From a bacterium (lineage in GTDB: Bacteria > Omnitrophota > Gorgyraeia > Zapsychrales > Fredricksoniimonadaceae), in NCBI GenBank assembly GCA_021783915.1, contig JAJXTI010000001.1, positions 1,540-65,539 on the forward strand: 64,000 nucleotides of DNA, written 5' to 3'. Numbering within the stretch: position 1 is the first letter of the stretch; each line of letters opens with the position of its first letter. The translations under genes were made by a program, and so were the position numbers. The notes below the pieces were generated by a model that saw only the letters and a program-made list of their open reading frames with translations, was not told where the DNA came from and did no database searches. This document shows, piece by piece, positions 18,716 to 28,660 of this stretch.

Positions 18716-20038
18716 TTATTTTGTCTTTTTTCTCAGTTTTTCCAGGCGTTCTTTAATTCTAGCTTCGTAACCTTGCCCGGTTGGTTCATAATAAACCGCC
18801 TGCTCAGACATGTACTCTTGCGCAACATAATGTTGGGGATAATCATGGGCGTACTTATACCCCTCTCCACGCCCCAGTTGAGGGGCCCCTTTATAATGGG
18901 TATCTTTTAAATGCTTGGGAACAGCTTGTGTGCGTTTGTCCTTAACGTCGGCCAAGGCCTTATCCATGCCGAGGTAGACCGCATTGGATTTTGGCGCACA
19001 GGCCACATAGACCGCTGCTTGGGCCAATAGGATACGTGCCTCAGGCAAACCGACAAACTCGGTCGCCTGCATGGCAGAAGTGGCCACGACCAGAGCCTGA
19101 GGGTCCGCATTGCCTACGTCTTCGCTGGCGCAGATAACAATCCGGCGGGCTATAAAACGTGGGTCTTCTCCTGCATAAATCATTTTAGCCATCCAGTAAA
19201 GGGCAGCGTCCGGGTCCGAACCGCGCATGGATTTAATGAAAGCGGAAGCTGTATCGTAATGCTGGTCACCATCGGCGTCATACTGTACTTGTTTTTTCTG
19301 GATACTCTCTTCGATGGCTCTCGTATCTAAAATAATTTCTCCCTGGGCATTTTTAGGTGTAGTCAGGCAGGCAACTTCCAGTGCGTTGAGGGCCTTGCGC
19401 GCGTCTCCATCGCAAATTCTGGCCAAGAACTCCAACGCTGAAGGGGCCGGCTGAATGTTTAAAAACCCTATCCCCCTCTCCCTGTCTGCCAGCGCACGTT
19501 TAAGCAACACCATGACATCTTCTTTTGTCAAGGGTTGAAGTTCGAAAACCAATGACCTTGATAATAAAGGAGCGACTAGCACGAAAAAAGGGTTAAAAAC
19601 GGTGGCCCCGATGAGAACAATATTTCCTTCCTCGATATCGGGCATAAGTACGTCTTGCTGCGCTTTGTTAAAACGATGGATTTCATCTATAAAAAGAATC
19701 GTTTTCCGTCCCCCCATGCTTCGACGCTGTTGTGCGCCGGCGATGACTTTTCGCATTTCTTCCACGTTAGAAGAAACCGCATTGATCCTTTCAAAATGGG
19801 ACTGGGTTTTTTGGGCAATGCATAAAGCCAGCGTGGTTTTACCTGCCCCTGGTGGGCCATATAAAATTAAAGAAGAAATACGGTCGGCTTCGATAGCGCG
19901 GGTCAAAAGTTTTCCCTCCCCAAGGATGTGGCCCTGGCCAACATACTCCATCAAACTTTTAGGCCTCATCCGTGCGCTCAAAGGGGCATCTTGGGCCCCT
20001 GTTTCAATAGAAAATAGATCCTGGTTGGGGTTATTCAT
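18716..20038 (-). CDS. rarA: replication-associated recombination protein A (AAA+ ATPase)
   Basis: LILYGPPGAGKTTLA Walker A. MgsA/RarA-like C-terminal region. Confidence 0.85.
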   Translation of the reverse strand: MNNPNQDLFSIETGAQDAPLSARMRPKSLMEYVGQGHILGEGKLLTRAIEADRISSLILYGPPGAGKTTLALCIAQKTQSHFERINAVSSNVEEMRKVIAGAQQRRSMGGRKTILFIDEIHRFNKAQQDVLMPDIEEGNIVLIGATVFNPFFVLVAPLLSRSLVFELQPLTKEDVMVLLKRALADRERGIGFLNIQPAPSALEFLARICDGDARKALNALEVACLTTPKNAQGEIILDTRAIEESIQKKQVQYDADGDQHYDTASAFIKSMRGSDPDAALYWMAKMIYAGEDPRFIARRIVICASEDVGNADPQALVVATSAMQATEFVGLPEARILLAQAAVYVACAPKSNAVYLGMDKALADVKDKRTQAVPKHLKDTHYKGAPQLGRGEGYKYAHDYPQHYVAQEYMSEQAVYYEPTGQGYEARIKERLEKLRKKTK

Positions 20039-20105
20039 AAGCGTTTTGAATTATAACACTAAAAATATGGTTTCTTGTTTGTTTTTCCCCCTAATCCGTT
20101 TTATC

Positions 20106-21509
20106 ATGATTTATACTTATAAAGACACCCGTCCCGGTCAACATTTGGTTATGGTTCCTATTTCTATCAAATCAATTGAAGAAACTTCCGTCATACGAAA
20201 ATTTACCCTGCTTTTCCTTATAGCTTCTATCCTGCCTCTTCTTCTCCTTTGTTTGTTTTATCTTGAGTCTCTCCACAACGACAAACTCCCCCTGTTTATC
20301 AGCAATCTTAAACCTGCCCTTCTGTTGACCGTTATCGGTACGGGATTTGGGTATTGGGCCATGCGCAAAATCGTCTCTGAGTTTGTCCGGGCCACGAAAT
20401 CCAACCGCCAGGCCTTTTCAAAAATAATAGGGCAAGATCTTTTGCCCACTTCCGATGAAGAAACGAATGAACTCTTTTTGCTTATACGCACCTTTAACGA
20501 AATAAAGTCCTCGCTGGAAAAAGACATTCAACGTTTGGAATTGACCAAGCAAACTTTGAATTCTGTACTATTAAAAGTCAGCAAAGGGATCGCGTCAGCA
20601 AAAACTCTTGACCATTTTCTACAATTGATTATTGAAACCATTACCGAGGCCTTGATGGGGCGCGCTGGGAGTATATTTTTAATTGATAAACAAGAATTTT
20701 TCGTCAAATCCTCCTGGGGAGAAAACAGTGAATCTTTAACGGGAGTAAGGTTCAAGACAGATTCTCCTTTGTTTCAAGATGTCCTGCGCTCTAAAGGCGG
20801 ACTGATTATCTCTACCCCTGAATCTATTCTCCCTAGCGCCCCCTCTCAGGTCTCGGGTTTTCTTGAATTCCCATTGATTTGCTGTCCGCTGACTGTCAGC
20901 GACCGTCCAGTTGGCCTTATTTTGGTCTGCGGCAGAAGGATCCCGGAAGATTTTCAGGAATATGAACTGTCCCTGCTTAACAATGTGGCGGCCCAGGCGA
21001 CCCTGGCCATCAATAATGAAGAATTGAAACATCTCTCCCGTATTGACCCTTTGACCAATATATACAATTATCGCCATTTGGTGGAAACCCTGGATTATGA
21101 AATACACCGCTGCAAAAGATACCCTGAAAAGCTGTACCTCCTGCTGGTTGATATTGATGACTTTAAAGCCTATAACGATGCCTTGGGGCATCTTGCGGGG
21201 GATGCGTTATTACAAGAGATCCCTCGTGCGATGAGTCATCAACTGCGCATAAGCGATACCATTTGTCGTTACGAAGGCGATGAATTTTCGATCATCCTGC
21301 CACAAACAGACCTCCAGGGGGCCCAAACCGTCGCGAATAAAATAAAAGCATCTCTCGAGAACTCTGTCTTCGAAAAGAAAATAACAGCCTGCATCGGCAT
21401 CGCCGAGTGGTCCGAGGAGATTGACCGTAGAGAGTTAATGTTTAAGGCCGAAGGGGCCCTCTCCCAAGCCAAAAAAGAGGGTAAAAATAAGATTGTCGTG
21501 AGTCAATAA
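20106..21509 (+). CDS. GAF-domain diguanylate cyclase with degenerate GGDEF motif (RYEGDEF) and an intact RxxD I-site
   Basis: The ORF-track start at 19602 overlaps rarA on the opposite strand, so the start is moved to Met 20106 before an N-terminal TM segment. GGDEF-domain residues DIDDFKAYND, then RISD-TIC-RYEGDEF. Confidence 0.75.
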   Translation: MIYTYKDTRPGQHLVMVPISIKSIEETSVIRKFTLLFLIASILPLLLLCLFYLESLHNDKLPLFISNLKPALLLTVIGTGFGYWAMRKIVSEFVRATKSNRQAFSKIIGQDLLPTSDEETNELFLLIRTFNEIKSSLEKDIQRLELTKQTLNSVLLKVSKGIASAKTLDHFLQLIIETITEALMGRAGSIFLIDKQEFFVKSSWGENSESLTGVRFKTDSPLFQDVLRSKGGLIISTPESILPSAPSQVSGFLEFPLICCPLTVSDRPVGLILVCGRRIPEDFQEYELSLLNNVAAQATLAINNEELKHLSRIDPLTNIYNYRHLVETLDYEIHRCKRYPEKLYLLLVDIDDFKAYNDALGHLAGDALLQEIPRAMSHQLRISDTICRYEGDEFSIILPQTDLQGAQTVANKIKASLENSVFEKKITACIGIAEWSEEIDRRELMFKAEGALSQAKKEGKNKIVVSQ

Positions 21510-21710
21510 AAAATCCCGCAGATGCCGTTGGGCTGGTGTAATGAGAACCATCGTTCTCAAGTGGGCGCCGGTATGTGGACGACTAGGCGTGCCAGCAAGA
21601 ACCAGCTCCCTCGTGTATTGTTTGTGGTTCAATACATCCGAACCCTGACGCACACCGCAGGATAATTGAATTATATCACGGAAGAACTTTAGTGCAAATC
21701 GAATAAAAAA

Positions 21711-21742
21711 CCTCCAGCAAAAATTGTTGGAGGTCTTTTATT
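21711..21742 (+). terminator. intrinsic terminator hairpin plus T-run between the convergent GGDEF and hppA genes (possibly bidirectional)
   Basis: cctccagcaa-aaa-ttgttggagg then tcttttatt. The reverse strand reads the same hairpin with a C·A mismatch followed by TTTTTTATT. Confidence 0.6.
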
Positions 21743-21767
21743 GCCTATGATCCTTTATTCGTTTACT

Positions 21768-24173
21768 TTATTTATCCGCGGTAATACGCATATCATAAAA
21801 TGACCGGCACACAAACACTAGGGCAATGGCAAAAAAGATAATGGCCAATACTGTGTCCAGCCCGCGGCTTAAGCCAATGGCAATTTCAATGGCTAAGAGT
21901 CCAAACAGAGTAGTAAATTTAATAGTTGGATTCAACGCAACCGAAGAGGTATCTTTAAAAGGATCCCCTACGGTGTCGCCAACGACTGTGGCGGCATGAA
22001 CCTCTGTTCCTTTTTCCTTATAAGTGACCTCGACGAGCTTTTTGGCATTGTCCCAAGCCCCTCCTGCATTGGCCATAAAGATAGCTTGGTACAGGCCGAA
22101 GATGGCAATAGAAATAAGATAGCCGATAAAAAAGTACGGCTCTAAACAAGCAAAGGCCAGCGTTGAAAAAAGGATAGTAAGGAACAGATTGACCATCCCT
22201 TTCTGGGCGAAAATGGTGCATATCTCCACGACCCTGGTGCTGTCCACTTCCGAGGCCCTGTCTGATCCTTCGAGTTTAATATGTGCTTTGATATATTCAA
22301 CCGCATGGTACGCGCCTGTCGTTACCGCTTGGATGGAGGCCCCGGTAAACCAATAAATTACAGCGCCCCCTGTCAAAAGTCCCAATAAAAACGGCGGATA
22401 CAATAACGAAAGGTTTTCTATGTTCATGGTCAGTCCGTGGGTGAGAATCATAATGATGGAAAAAATCATCGTTGTCGCTCCCACAACCGCCGTACCGATG
22501 AGCACAGGCTTGGAAGTGGCCTTAAAGGTGTTTCCAGCACCGTCGTTGGCTTCCAAATGGTGCTTGGCATTTTCAAAATTCGGCTCAAATCCAAAATCTT
22601 TTTTGATCTCTTCTTTGATATTGGGAATCGTCTCAATCAAAGAGAGTTCATAAATAGACTGTGCGTTATCGGAAACCGGGCCGTAAGAATCCACCGCGAT
22701 GGTGACCGGCCCCATCCCTAAGAAACCGAAAGCAACCAACCCAAAAGCAAACACGGCGGGTGCGAGCATGAGTTGGCCCATCCCAAACAGGCTTACAAAA
22801 TACCCCATGCCCATTAAACCCACGATGATCAAACCCATCCAATAGGCGCTGAAATTACCCGCCACAAGTCCAGACAAAATATTAAGGGAAGTTCCCCCCT
22901 TTTTGGAACATTGATAAATATTTTTAACATAGGCAGACTCCGTGGAGGTGAACATCTTGACTGCCTCGGGAATCAGAGCGCCAGCGATATTGCCGCAGGT
23001 GATGATGGTTGCTAATTTCCACCAAAACGTGCCATCACCCAAATGAGGGATCAAAATATAAGAAGCCAGATAGGTCAAAAAGATGGACATCAACGAGGTG
23101 ATCCACACCAAGGAAGTCAAGGGGTCCTCGAAATTCATGGTTGTGACATGGGCATAACGTTTCTTGGCAATCCAATTGTTGATTTCATAGGAGACCCCGC
23201 TGGCAATGACCATCATTAATCGCATGGAAAAAATCCACACCAGAAGCTGGGCCTGGTTAAAAGGGTCTTTAACGGCCAAAAGAATAAAGGTAATCAGGGC
23301 GACCCCTGTGACCCCGTAAGTCTCAAAACCATCCGCCGTAGGCCCCACAGAGTCCCCAGCGTTATCCCCGACACAATCAGCAATGACCCCGGGATTGCGG
23401 GCATCGTCTTCCTTAATATTAAGAACGATTTTCATTAAATCAGAACCAATATCGGCAATCTTTGTAAAGATACCTCCTGCAATCCTTAAGACCGAAGCTC
23501 CCAAGGATTCGCCGATGGCAAAACCTATAAAGCAAGGGCCTGCATAATCAGGGCTGATAAAAAGAAGGATGCTCAACATAACAAAAAGTTCAATACTAAT
23601 CAGCAGCATCCCAATGCTCATCCCCGCCTGCAACGGGATGCTGTAAACTGGAAACGGGTTGCCTTTAAGGCTGGCAAACGCCGATCTGGAATTGGCCAAG
23701 GTATTAATGCGCATGCCAAACCATGCTACCCCATAACTTCCGGCAATGCCGATCAGGCTACAGATGAGAATGAGAATAACCCTGCTGGCATCAAAATGCC
23801 GTAACCAGCCAAAATAAACCACCATCACTATACCAATGAGGATCTCGAGAATAAGCAGAAACTTGCCTTGCTGGATTAAATAGGCCTTGCAAGTTGTATA
23901 GATAAGCTCAGAGACCTCTCTCATGCTCTTGTGTACAGGCATTTTTTTGATCTGTCCATACTGGAACACCCCGAAAAACGCACCGAAAGCACAGACAATA
24001 AGCCCCAGCAAAAGGGCCAAGTGGCCGTTTAAGTTAAAAATCAACGGTACCATGGACAAATCCGGAACCTTTAGGTCCGCTTCCCCGGCAAAAGCCATGG
24101 ACGTATTGAGAAAAACAACGGCCAAAACCATAAACCAAGCATGTTTTTTTAAAAAACTGTCCTTATTGCCCAT
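21768..24173 (-). CDS. hppA: membrane-bound proton- or sodium-translocating pyrophosphatase
   Basis: 801-aa polytopic membrane protein with H+-PPase signature regions (GGAWDNAKK, DxxGDxxGD-type motifs). Confidence 0.85.
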   Translation of the reverse strand: MGNKDSFLKKHAWFMVLAVVFLNTSMAFAGEADLKVPDLSMVPLIFNLNGHLALLLGLIVCAFGAFFGVFQYGQIKKMPVHKSMREVSELIYTTCKAYLIQQGKFLLILEILIGIVMVVYFGWLRHFDASRVILILICSLIGIAGSYGVAWFGMRINTLANSRSAFASLKGNPFPVYSIPLQAGMSIGMLLISIELFVMLSILLFISPDYAGPCFIGFAIGESLGASVLRIAGGIFTKIADIGSDLMKIVLNIKEDDARNPGVIADCVGDNAGDSVGPTADGFETYGVTGVALITFILLAVKDPFNQAQLLVWIFSMRLMMVIASGVSYEINNWIAKKRYAHVTTMNFEDPLTSLVWITSLMSIFLTYLASYILIPHLGDGTFWWKLATIITCGNIAGALIPEAVKMFTSTESAYVKNIYQCSKKGGTSLNILSGLVAGNFSAYWMGLIIVGLMGMGYFVSLFGMGQLMLAPAVFAFGLVAFGFLGMGPVTIAVDSYGPVSDNAQSIYELSLIETIPNIKEEIKKDFGFEPNFENAKHHLEANDGAGNTFKATSKPVLIGTAVVGATTMIFSIIMILTHGLTMNIENLSLLYPPFLLGLLTGGAVIYWFTGASIQAVTTGAYHAVEYIKAHIKLEGSDRASEVDSTRVVEICTIFAQKGMVNLFLTILFSTLAFACLEPYFFIGYLISIAIFGLYQAIFMANAGGAWDNAKKLVEVTYKEKGTEVHAATVVGDTVGDPFKDTSSVALNPTIKFTTLFGLLAIEIAIGLSRGLDTVLAIIFFAIALVFVCRSFYDMRITADK

Positions 24174-24281
24174 AATAAACTCCCTCCCTATAAGACATCT
24201 AAACTATTATTTGAGTATAAGTATGGCACAGCCGTGGGAAGCTGTCTGTGACGAAAATCACTGGTTGGGTGAGCTCGATGT

Positions 24282-26306
24282 TTATCGTAAAATAGCGCCA
24301 AATTCGCCGGTGATGGCCTGGATGATGCTTTGATGCGCCTTATGAACTTCTTCTTCCCGCAGGGTCTTGGTATTGGACTGATACAAGCAGGAAAAAACCA
24401 ATCCTTTGTAGCCGGGTTGGATTTTATCACCCAAATACTGTTCAATAAACTGGACATCTACCAAAATACTCCCCCCTTTACTTCGGCAGAGTTTTTCAAT
24501 AGCCCCGTAAGGAATTTCTTTTTTGACCGCCAAAGAAACATCACGAATAACTGCCGGGAACTCGGCCAGGGGCTTATAATGAACGCTCTTGGCGGGTAAC
24601 GCGAAAACTTTTTCCAAATCAATCTCCGCAAAATAAACATCTTGATGTTTTATGTCCCAATTACTAAGGATAGCTTTATTTAATTTTCCGGCGCACCCGA
24701 TTGCCTCTCCTTTGACTGTCAGGATGCTGCCGTCAGATTCATCCAAAGACATCTGTCCTTGCTTTTCAAAAGAAACATCCACTCCTAAAGCACAAAAACA
24801 ATTTTCTAAAACCCCCTTAATGTCAGAATATTCCATCTGTTCTTTTCGTGAGAGACGCCAGTCCTGATAACGACTACCTGTTAGAAGCAGCCCCAGCGTT
24901 GTCTTTTCCCCTTGGGGTGAATATGTCTTGGCAATTTCAAACACTCGTAAGTTTTTCTGTCCCCGGTTGAAATTTCCGATAACCACCGGCATAAAAACAG
25001 ACAACAGCGACGGTCGCATCAATTCCTGGTCAACAGTCAAAGGATTAAGAACTCTGACTTGTTTTAAATCTTTTTGAAGGCATTTATTTAAGTCCTTGGC
25101 ATTAGTCATGGACACTGTGACAACTTCATCCACCCCGCAAGCCATCAAGGCCTGCCTTAAGGTTTTTTTAACCCGTCTAGGATGGTCATCAACAGTCAAA
25201 TTCTTGGCTTTGATTTGAGGAAGGCTTGTCGGCAGATGGTCAAACCCTATGGTACGAGCGACTTCCTCAATCAAATCAACAGTTTCTTTGATGTCTGAGC
25301 GAAAAGACGGTGGGTTGACCGTTAGCTTGTCTGCTTTGACAGAAACTTTAAAATCAAGGCTGGTTAAAATACGTTTGACCTGTGCCAAAGAGACTTTTAA
25401 TCCCAAGAGGGTTTCAATCTGCTCCGGAATAATTTGTATTGGTTTAACGGGTGTTTTTGTTACAAAAGCTGCGTCTGTACGGGCAGCCAATTGCCCTCCG
25501 GTTAAATTTAACAACAGGTCTGTGGCACGGTCGGCCCCTGCAAGGACTCCTTGCCAATCGACGTTGCGTTCGAAACGATAAGAAGAGTCACTGCGCAACC
25601 CCAGCTTGCGGCTGGAGCGGCGGATGAGCGCCATGTCAAAATGCGCGCTTTCTAGTAAGACATTCTTCGTCGAAAGAGTCACTTCGGTGTCTTTCCCACC
25701 CATAATACCAGCAATGGCCACGGGTTTAACCTCATCGGCAATGACTAAAACTGTCGGGTCTAATACCCGTTCAATGCCGTCAATAGTTATGATCTTCTCC
25801 CCCTGCTTGGCCCGGCGTACAATGATTTTCCCACCGGTGAGTTTATCATAGTCAAAGACATGCAGTGGCTGGCCTATTTCCATGAGAACAAAATTAGTGA
25901 CATCCACCGCATTGCTGATGGGCCGCAACCCCAAGGAATTGACACGCACCTGAAGATTGCCGGGTGAATCTGCCACTGTCACGTTTTTGATTAAAGTACC
26001 GATGTATCGGCTGCAATCTTTCTTGTCTTCAATAGATATGGAGATTTTATCGGCGGTCGGCTTATAAGATTTGACTTTAGGGTATTGGACTCTTTTGCCC
26101 GTAATGGCTGAGATTTCACGGGCCAGGCCTAAAACATTTAAGCAATCCGACCGGTTGGGTGTGATCTCCAGTTCCAAGACTACCTCTTCCCCGACGGTTT
26201 CAACCGCTTCCACTTCCCATCCGGCCATGACCAGGCGGTGGGCAAGCTCCTCGGTCTTGAGCTTAGGGTCAATATAATCTTTTAGCCAATTTAAGGGAAG
26301 CTTCAT
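24282..26306 (-). CDS. pheT: phenylalanine-tRNA ligase beta subunit
   Basis: MKLPLNWLKDYI is the characteristic PheT N-terminus. B3/B4 and FDX-ACB-like regions. Immediately downstream of pheS. Confidence 0.9.
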   Translation of the reverse strand: MKLPLNWLKDYIDPKLKTEELAHRLVMAGWEVEAVETVGEEVVLELEITPNRSDCLNVLGLAREISAITGKRVQYPKVKSYKPTADKISISIEDKKDCSRYIGTLIKNVTVADSPGNLQVRVNSLGLRPISNAVDVTNFVLMEIGQPLHVFDYDKLTGGKIIVRRAKQGEKIITIDGIERVLDPTVLVIADEVKPVAIAGIMGGKDTEVTLSTKNVLLESAHFDMALIRRSSRKLGLRSDSSYRFERNVDWQGVLAGADRATDLLLNLTGGQLAARTDAAFVTKTPVKPIQIIPEQIETLLGLKVSLAQVKRILTSLDFKVSVKADKLTVNPPSFRSDIKETVDLIEEVARTIGFDHLPTSLPQIKAKNLTVDDHPRRVKKTLRQALMACGVDEVVTVSMTNAKDLNKCLQKDLKQVRVLNPLTVDQELMRPSLLSVFMPVVIGNFNRGQKNLRVFEIAKTYSPQGEKTTLGLLLTGSRYQDWRLSRKEQMEYSDIKGVLENCFCALGVDVSFEKQGQMSLDESDGSILTVKGEAIGCAGKLNKAILSNWDIKHQDVYFAEIDLEKVFALPAKSVHYKPLAEFPAVIRDVSLAVKKEIPYGAIEKLCRSKGGSILVDVQFIEQYLGDKIQPGYKGLVFSCLYQSNTKTLREEEVHKAHQSIIQAITGEFGAILR

Positions 26307-26321
26307 GTTTTATTTTACCAA

Positions 26322-27329
26322 TCAAAACTGTTTCAAAAAACGAACGTCATTTTCATAGAACAAACGGATGTCCTTGATGCCGTGCTTAAGCATGGCCATG
26401 CGCTCAATGCCCATCCCAAAGGCAAACCCCGTATACTTTCCCGACGGATAACTAACGGCCTTAAAGACGTTGGGATGGATCATGCCGCACCCTAAAATCT
26501 CGAGCCATTTTTTCCTGGCCAACCCCAAAGTTCCGGCGGAAATGTCCACCTCTGCTGACGGTTCGGTAAAGGGGAAAAAATGCGGACGAAAACGCATTTT
26601 CACGTCTTTACCAAAAAATCTCCGGCAAAATTCGGTCAAAAGTCCCTTAAGGTCCGAAAACTTCACCTTTTCATCGACCAGAAAACCCTCAAGCTGATGG
26701 AACATGAATGAATGGCTGGCGTCCACGGCGTCAGGCCGGTAAACCCGTCCCGGGACAATGACCGCTAAAGGGGGTTTGTGTTCTTTCATGATTCTCACTT
26801 GGCCCGGCGACGTATGGCTCCTAAGCAAAAGCCTTCGACCCTGGGCGCTTCTGTCTTGCTGGTCTAAATAAAAAGTATCAAATGAGTCGCGGGACGGATG
26901 GTCTAAGGGAATGTTTAACCCTGTAAAATTATGGAACTCGGTTTCAATTTCCGGCGTCTCAACGGTCACAAATCCCAATTTCTCAAAAACAGAGACTATT
27001 TCATCGATGGTTTGGGTCAAGATATGCTGATGGCCTAAAACAGAGGAGGTCCCCGGCAGGGAAATGTCCACTTGTTCTGGTTTTATGGACGTGCTCGCCG
27101 TTTTCTTGGATTTTTCTTCAATCAGGTGGTTAACTAGTGTCCTCAGATCATTGGCGGCTTTCCCTATAGCGGCTTTTTCATGAAGCGCCGCGCTTGACAA
27201 AGAGGCAAAAATTTCAGCAACTATTCCCTTCTTCCCCAAATACTTCAGCCGATACTCTTCCCTTGATTTGGTATCGGTGATATCTTGAGCTTCTTGTTTA
27301 GCTTGCTGTTGAAGTTGGGAAAAATCCAT
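26322..27329 (-). CDS. pheS: phenylalanine-tRNA ligase alpha subunit
   Basis: Class II aaRS motifs (FRPHFFPFTEPSAEVD, GFAFGMGIERMAML). Confidence 0.9.
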   Translation of the reverse strand: MDFSQLQQQAKQEAQDITDTKSREEYRLKYLGKKGIVAEIFASLSSAALHEKAAIGKAANDLRTLVNHLIEEKSKKTASTSIKPEQVDISLPGTSSVLGHQHILTQTIDEIVSVFEKLGFVTVETPEIETEFHNFTGLNIPLDHPSRDSFDTFYLDQQDRSAQGRRLLLRSHTSPGQVRIMKEHKPPLAVIVPGRVYRPDAVDASHSFMFHQLEGFLVDEKVKFSDLKGLLTEFCRRFFGKDVKMRFRPHFFPFTEPSAEVDISAGTLGLARKKWLEILGCGMIHPNVFKAVSYPSGKYTGFAFGMGIERMAMLKHGIKDIRLFYENDVRFLKQF

Positions 27330-27350
27330 GACTTTAAGAAAACCCTGACA

Positions 27351-27386
27351 AAATCAAAGCCCCGCGCCAAGGCGGGGCTTTGATTT
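27351..27386. promoter_or_regulatory. perfect 15-bp inverted repeat hairpin in the rplT-pheS spacer; candidate attenuator, terminator or processing site
   Basis: aaatcaaagccccgc-gccaag-gcggggctttgattt. The T-rich run ATTTTTAATTTTTATT follows on the plus strand. Confidence 0.5.
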
Positions 27387-27405
27387 ATTTTTAATTTTTA
27401 TTAAC

Positions 27406-27903
27406 TTACGCCTTGGCAGCAGTTCTTTTGGATACTGATGACTGTTTATCTTCTTTGGCTTTGGCAGCGGTCGCTTTTTTTTCGCTTTTAGTCGGTGCTG
27501 TTTTTGCAACAACCGGCTTCCCTTCTTTCTCGACCTTCTGCGTTTTAACCGCAGGGGCGTTCTTAGCCGTCTGAACGATTTGGCCGAAAACATCAGGCGA
27601 AGTGATCGCTAAATCCGACAAAATCTTACGGTCCAAGCCGATATTAGCGTTCTTTAATCCGTTAATAAAACGGCTATACGAGATCCCCTCTTCACGGCAA
27701 GCCGCATTTAACCGGACAATCCACAAAGAACGGAAGTCGCCCTTTTTCTTTTTTCTATCATAATAAGAGTATTGACGGGATCCCATCAAAGACTTGATGG
27801 CTTCCTTATAACGCTTGCTGCGATCGCCCCATTGGCCTTTGGCTTCTTTTAATATGCGCTTTTTCCTTTTATGTGAATACACATTTGTTTTAATTCGTAC
27901 CAT
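27406..27903 (-). CDS. rplT: ribosomal protein L20 with ~50-aa Lys/Ala-rich C-terminal extension
   Basis: MVRIKTNVYSHKRKKRILKEAKG is the L20 N-terminus. The tail is KTAPTKSEKKATAAKAKEDK... Confidence 0.85.
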   Translation of the reverse strand: MVRIKTNVYSHKRKKRILKEAKGQWGDRSKRYKEAIKSLMGSRQYSYYDRKKKKGDFRSLWIVRLNAACREEGISYSRFINGLKNANIGLDRKILSDLAITSPDVFGQIVQTAKNAPAVKTQKVEKEGKPVVAKTAPTKSEKKATAAKAKEDKQSSVSKRTAAKA

Positions 27904-28114
27904 ACGGCAACAACCTCCTAATACGCTTAGCATCGGTTGCTGAAAGGTAACCGTCCTTGCGCAACTGACGTTTATGTTTACGGGTCTTCTTTCCCAAAAT
28001 GTGCTGACGACCTGCGTTGCGTTTTTTCAAAAGACCTGACTTGGTCATACGCAAACGTTTCGCCGCGCTTTTATTGGTCTTTAATTTTCCTTTTTTACCT
28101 ATTGCCATATTCAT
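27890..28114 (-). CDS. rpmI: ribosomal protein L35
   Basis: KTNKSAAKRLRMTKSG...KKRNAGRQH is L35-like. Confidence 0.8.
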   Translation of the reverse strand: MNMAIGKKGKLKTNKSAAKRLRMTKSGLLKKRNAGRQHILGKKTRKHKRQLRKDGYLSATDAKRIRRLLPYGTN

Positions 28115-28144
28115 TCCGTCCTTTTGTCCAATGACGCTGGAGCA

Positions 28145-28660
28145 TCATTTGTCTGCTTTAGGTGCTAAAACCAGCGAAACAATGCGGCCTTCGGCCAAGG
28201 GTTCTTTTTCAATGACCGCATGTTCTGCCGTCTTAGTGATAATTTTTTCCAATACCGCTTTCCACTGATCCTTAAAAGACATTTCGCGGCCTTGGAACAC
28301 CATGTTAATTTTTACCTTGTCTCTCTTGCTCAAAAAAACAATCGTCTGCTTCATCTTAATGTCCAAATCGTGATCGCCAATATGCGGCTTGATACGTATC
28401 TGTTTCAAATGAGTGACATGTTGGTGTTTCTTGACCTTGCGTTCTTTTTTTTCCTGGTCGTATTTATATTTGCTAAAATCTATAATACGGCAAACCGGAG
28501 GAGTCGCCGTCGGAGCCACTTCCACCAGGTCCAATTCATATTCATTAGCCAATTCTAAAGCTCTTTGTATGGAAACCACCCCCAATTGTTCCGAATTGGG
28601 ACCAATCACGCGTATTTCTTTGGAACGAATTTGGTTGTTTATGCGAATGTTTTTTAAAAT
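28145..28660 (-). CDS. infC: translation initiation factor IF-3, with atypical AUU start codon
   Basis: The ORF-track Met MIGPNSEQLGVV is internal. Upstream in frame is ATT-LKNIRINNQIRSKEIRV, preceded by GGAGG (28668-28672) at 7-nt spacing. Confidence 0.85.
   Translation of the reverse strand: MLKNIRINNQIRSKEIRVIGPNSEQLGVVSIQRALELANEYELDLVEVAPTATPPVCRIIDFSKYKYDQEKKERKVKKHQHVTHLKQIRIKPHIGDHDLDIKMKQTIVFLSKRDKVKINMVFQGREMSFKDQWKAVLEKIITKTAEHAVIEKEPLAEGRIVSLVLAPKADK

Noticed and set aside
19602-20105. N-terminal 168 codons of the ORF-track GGDEF ORF (start 19602)
   Set aside because: They overlap rarA on the opposite strand. The plausible start with a TM segment is at 20106.
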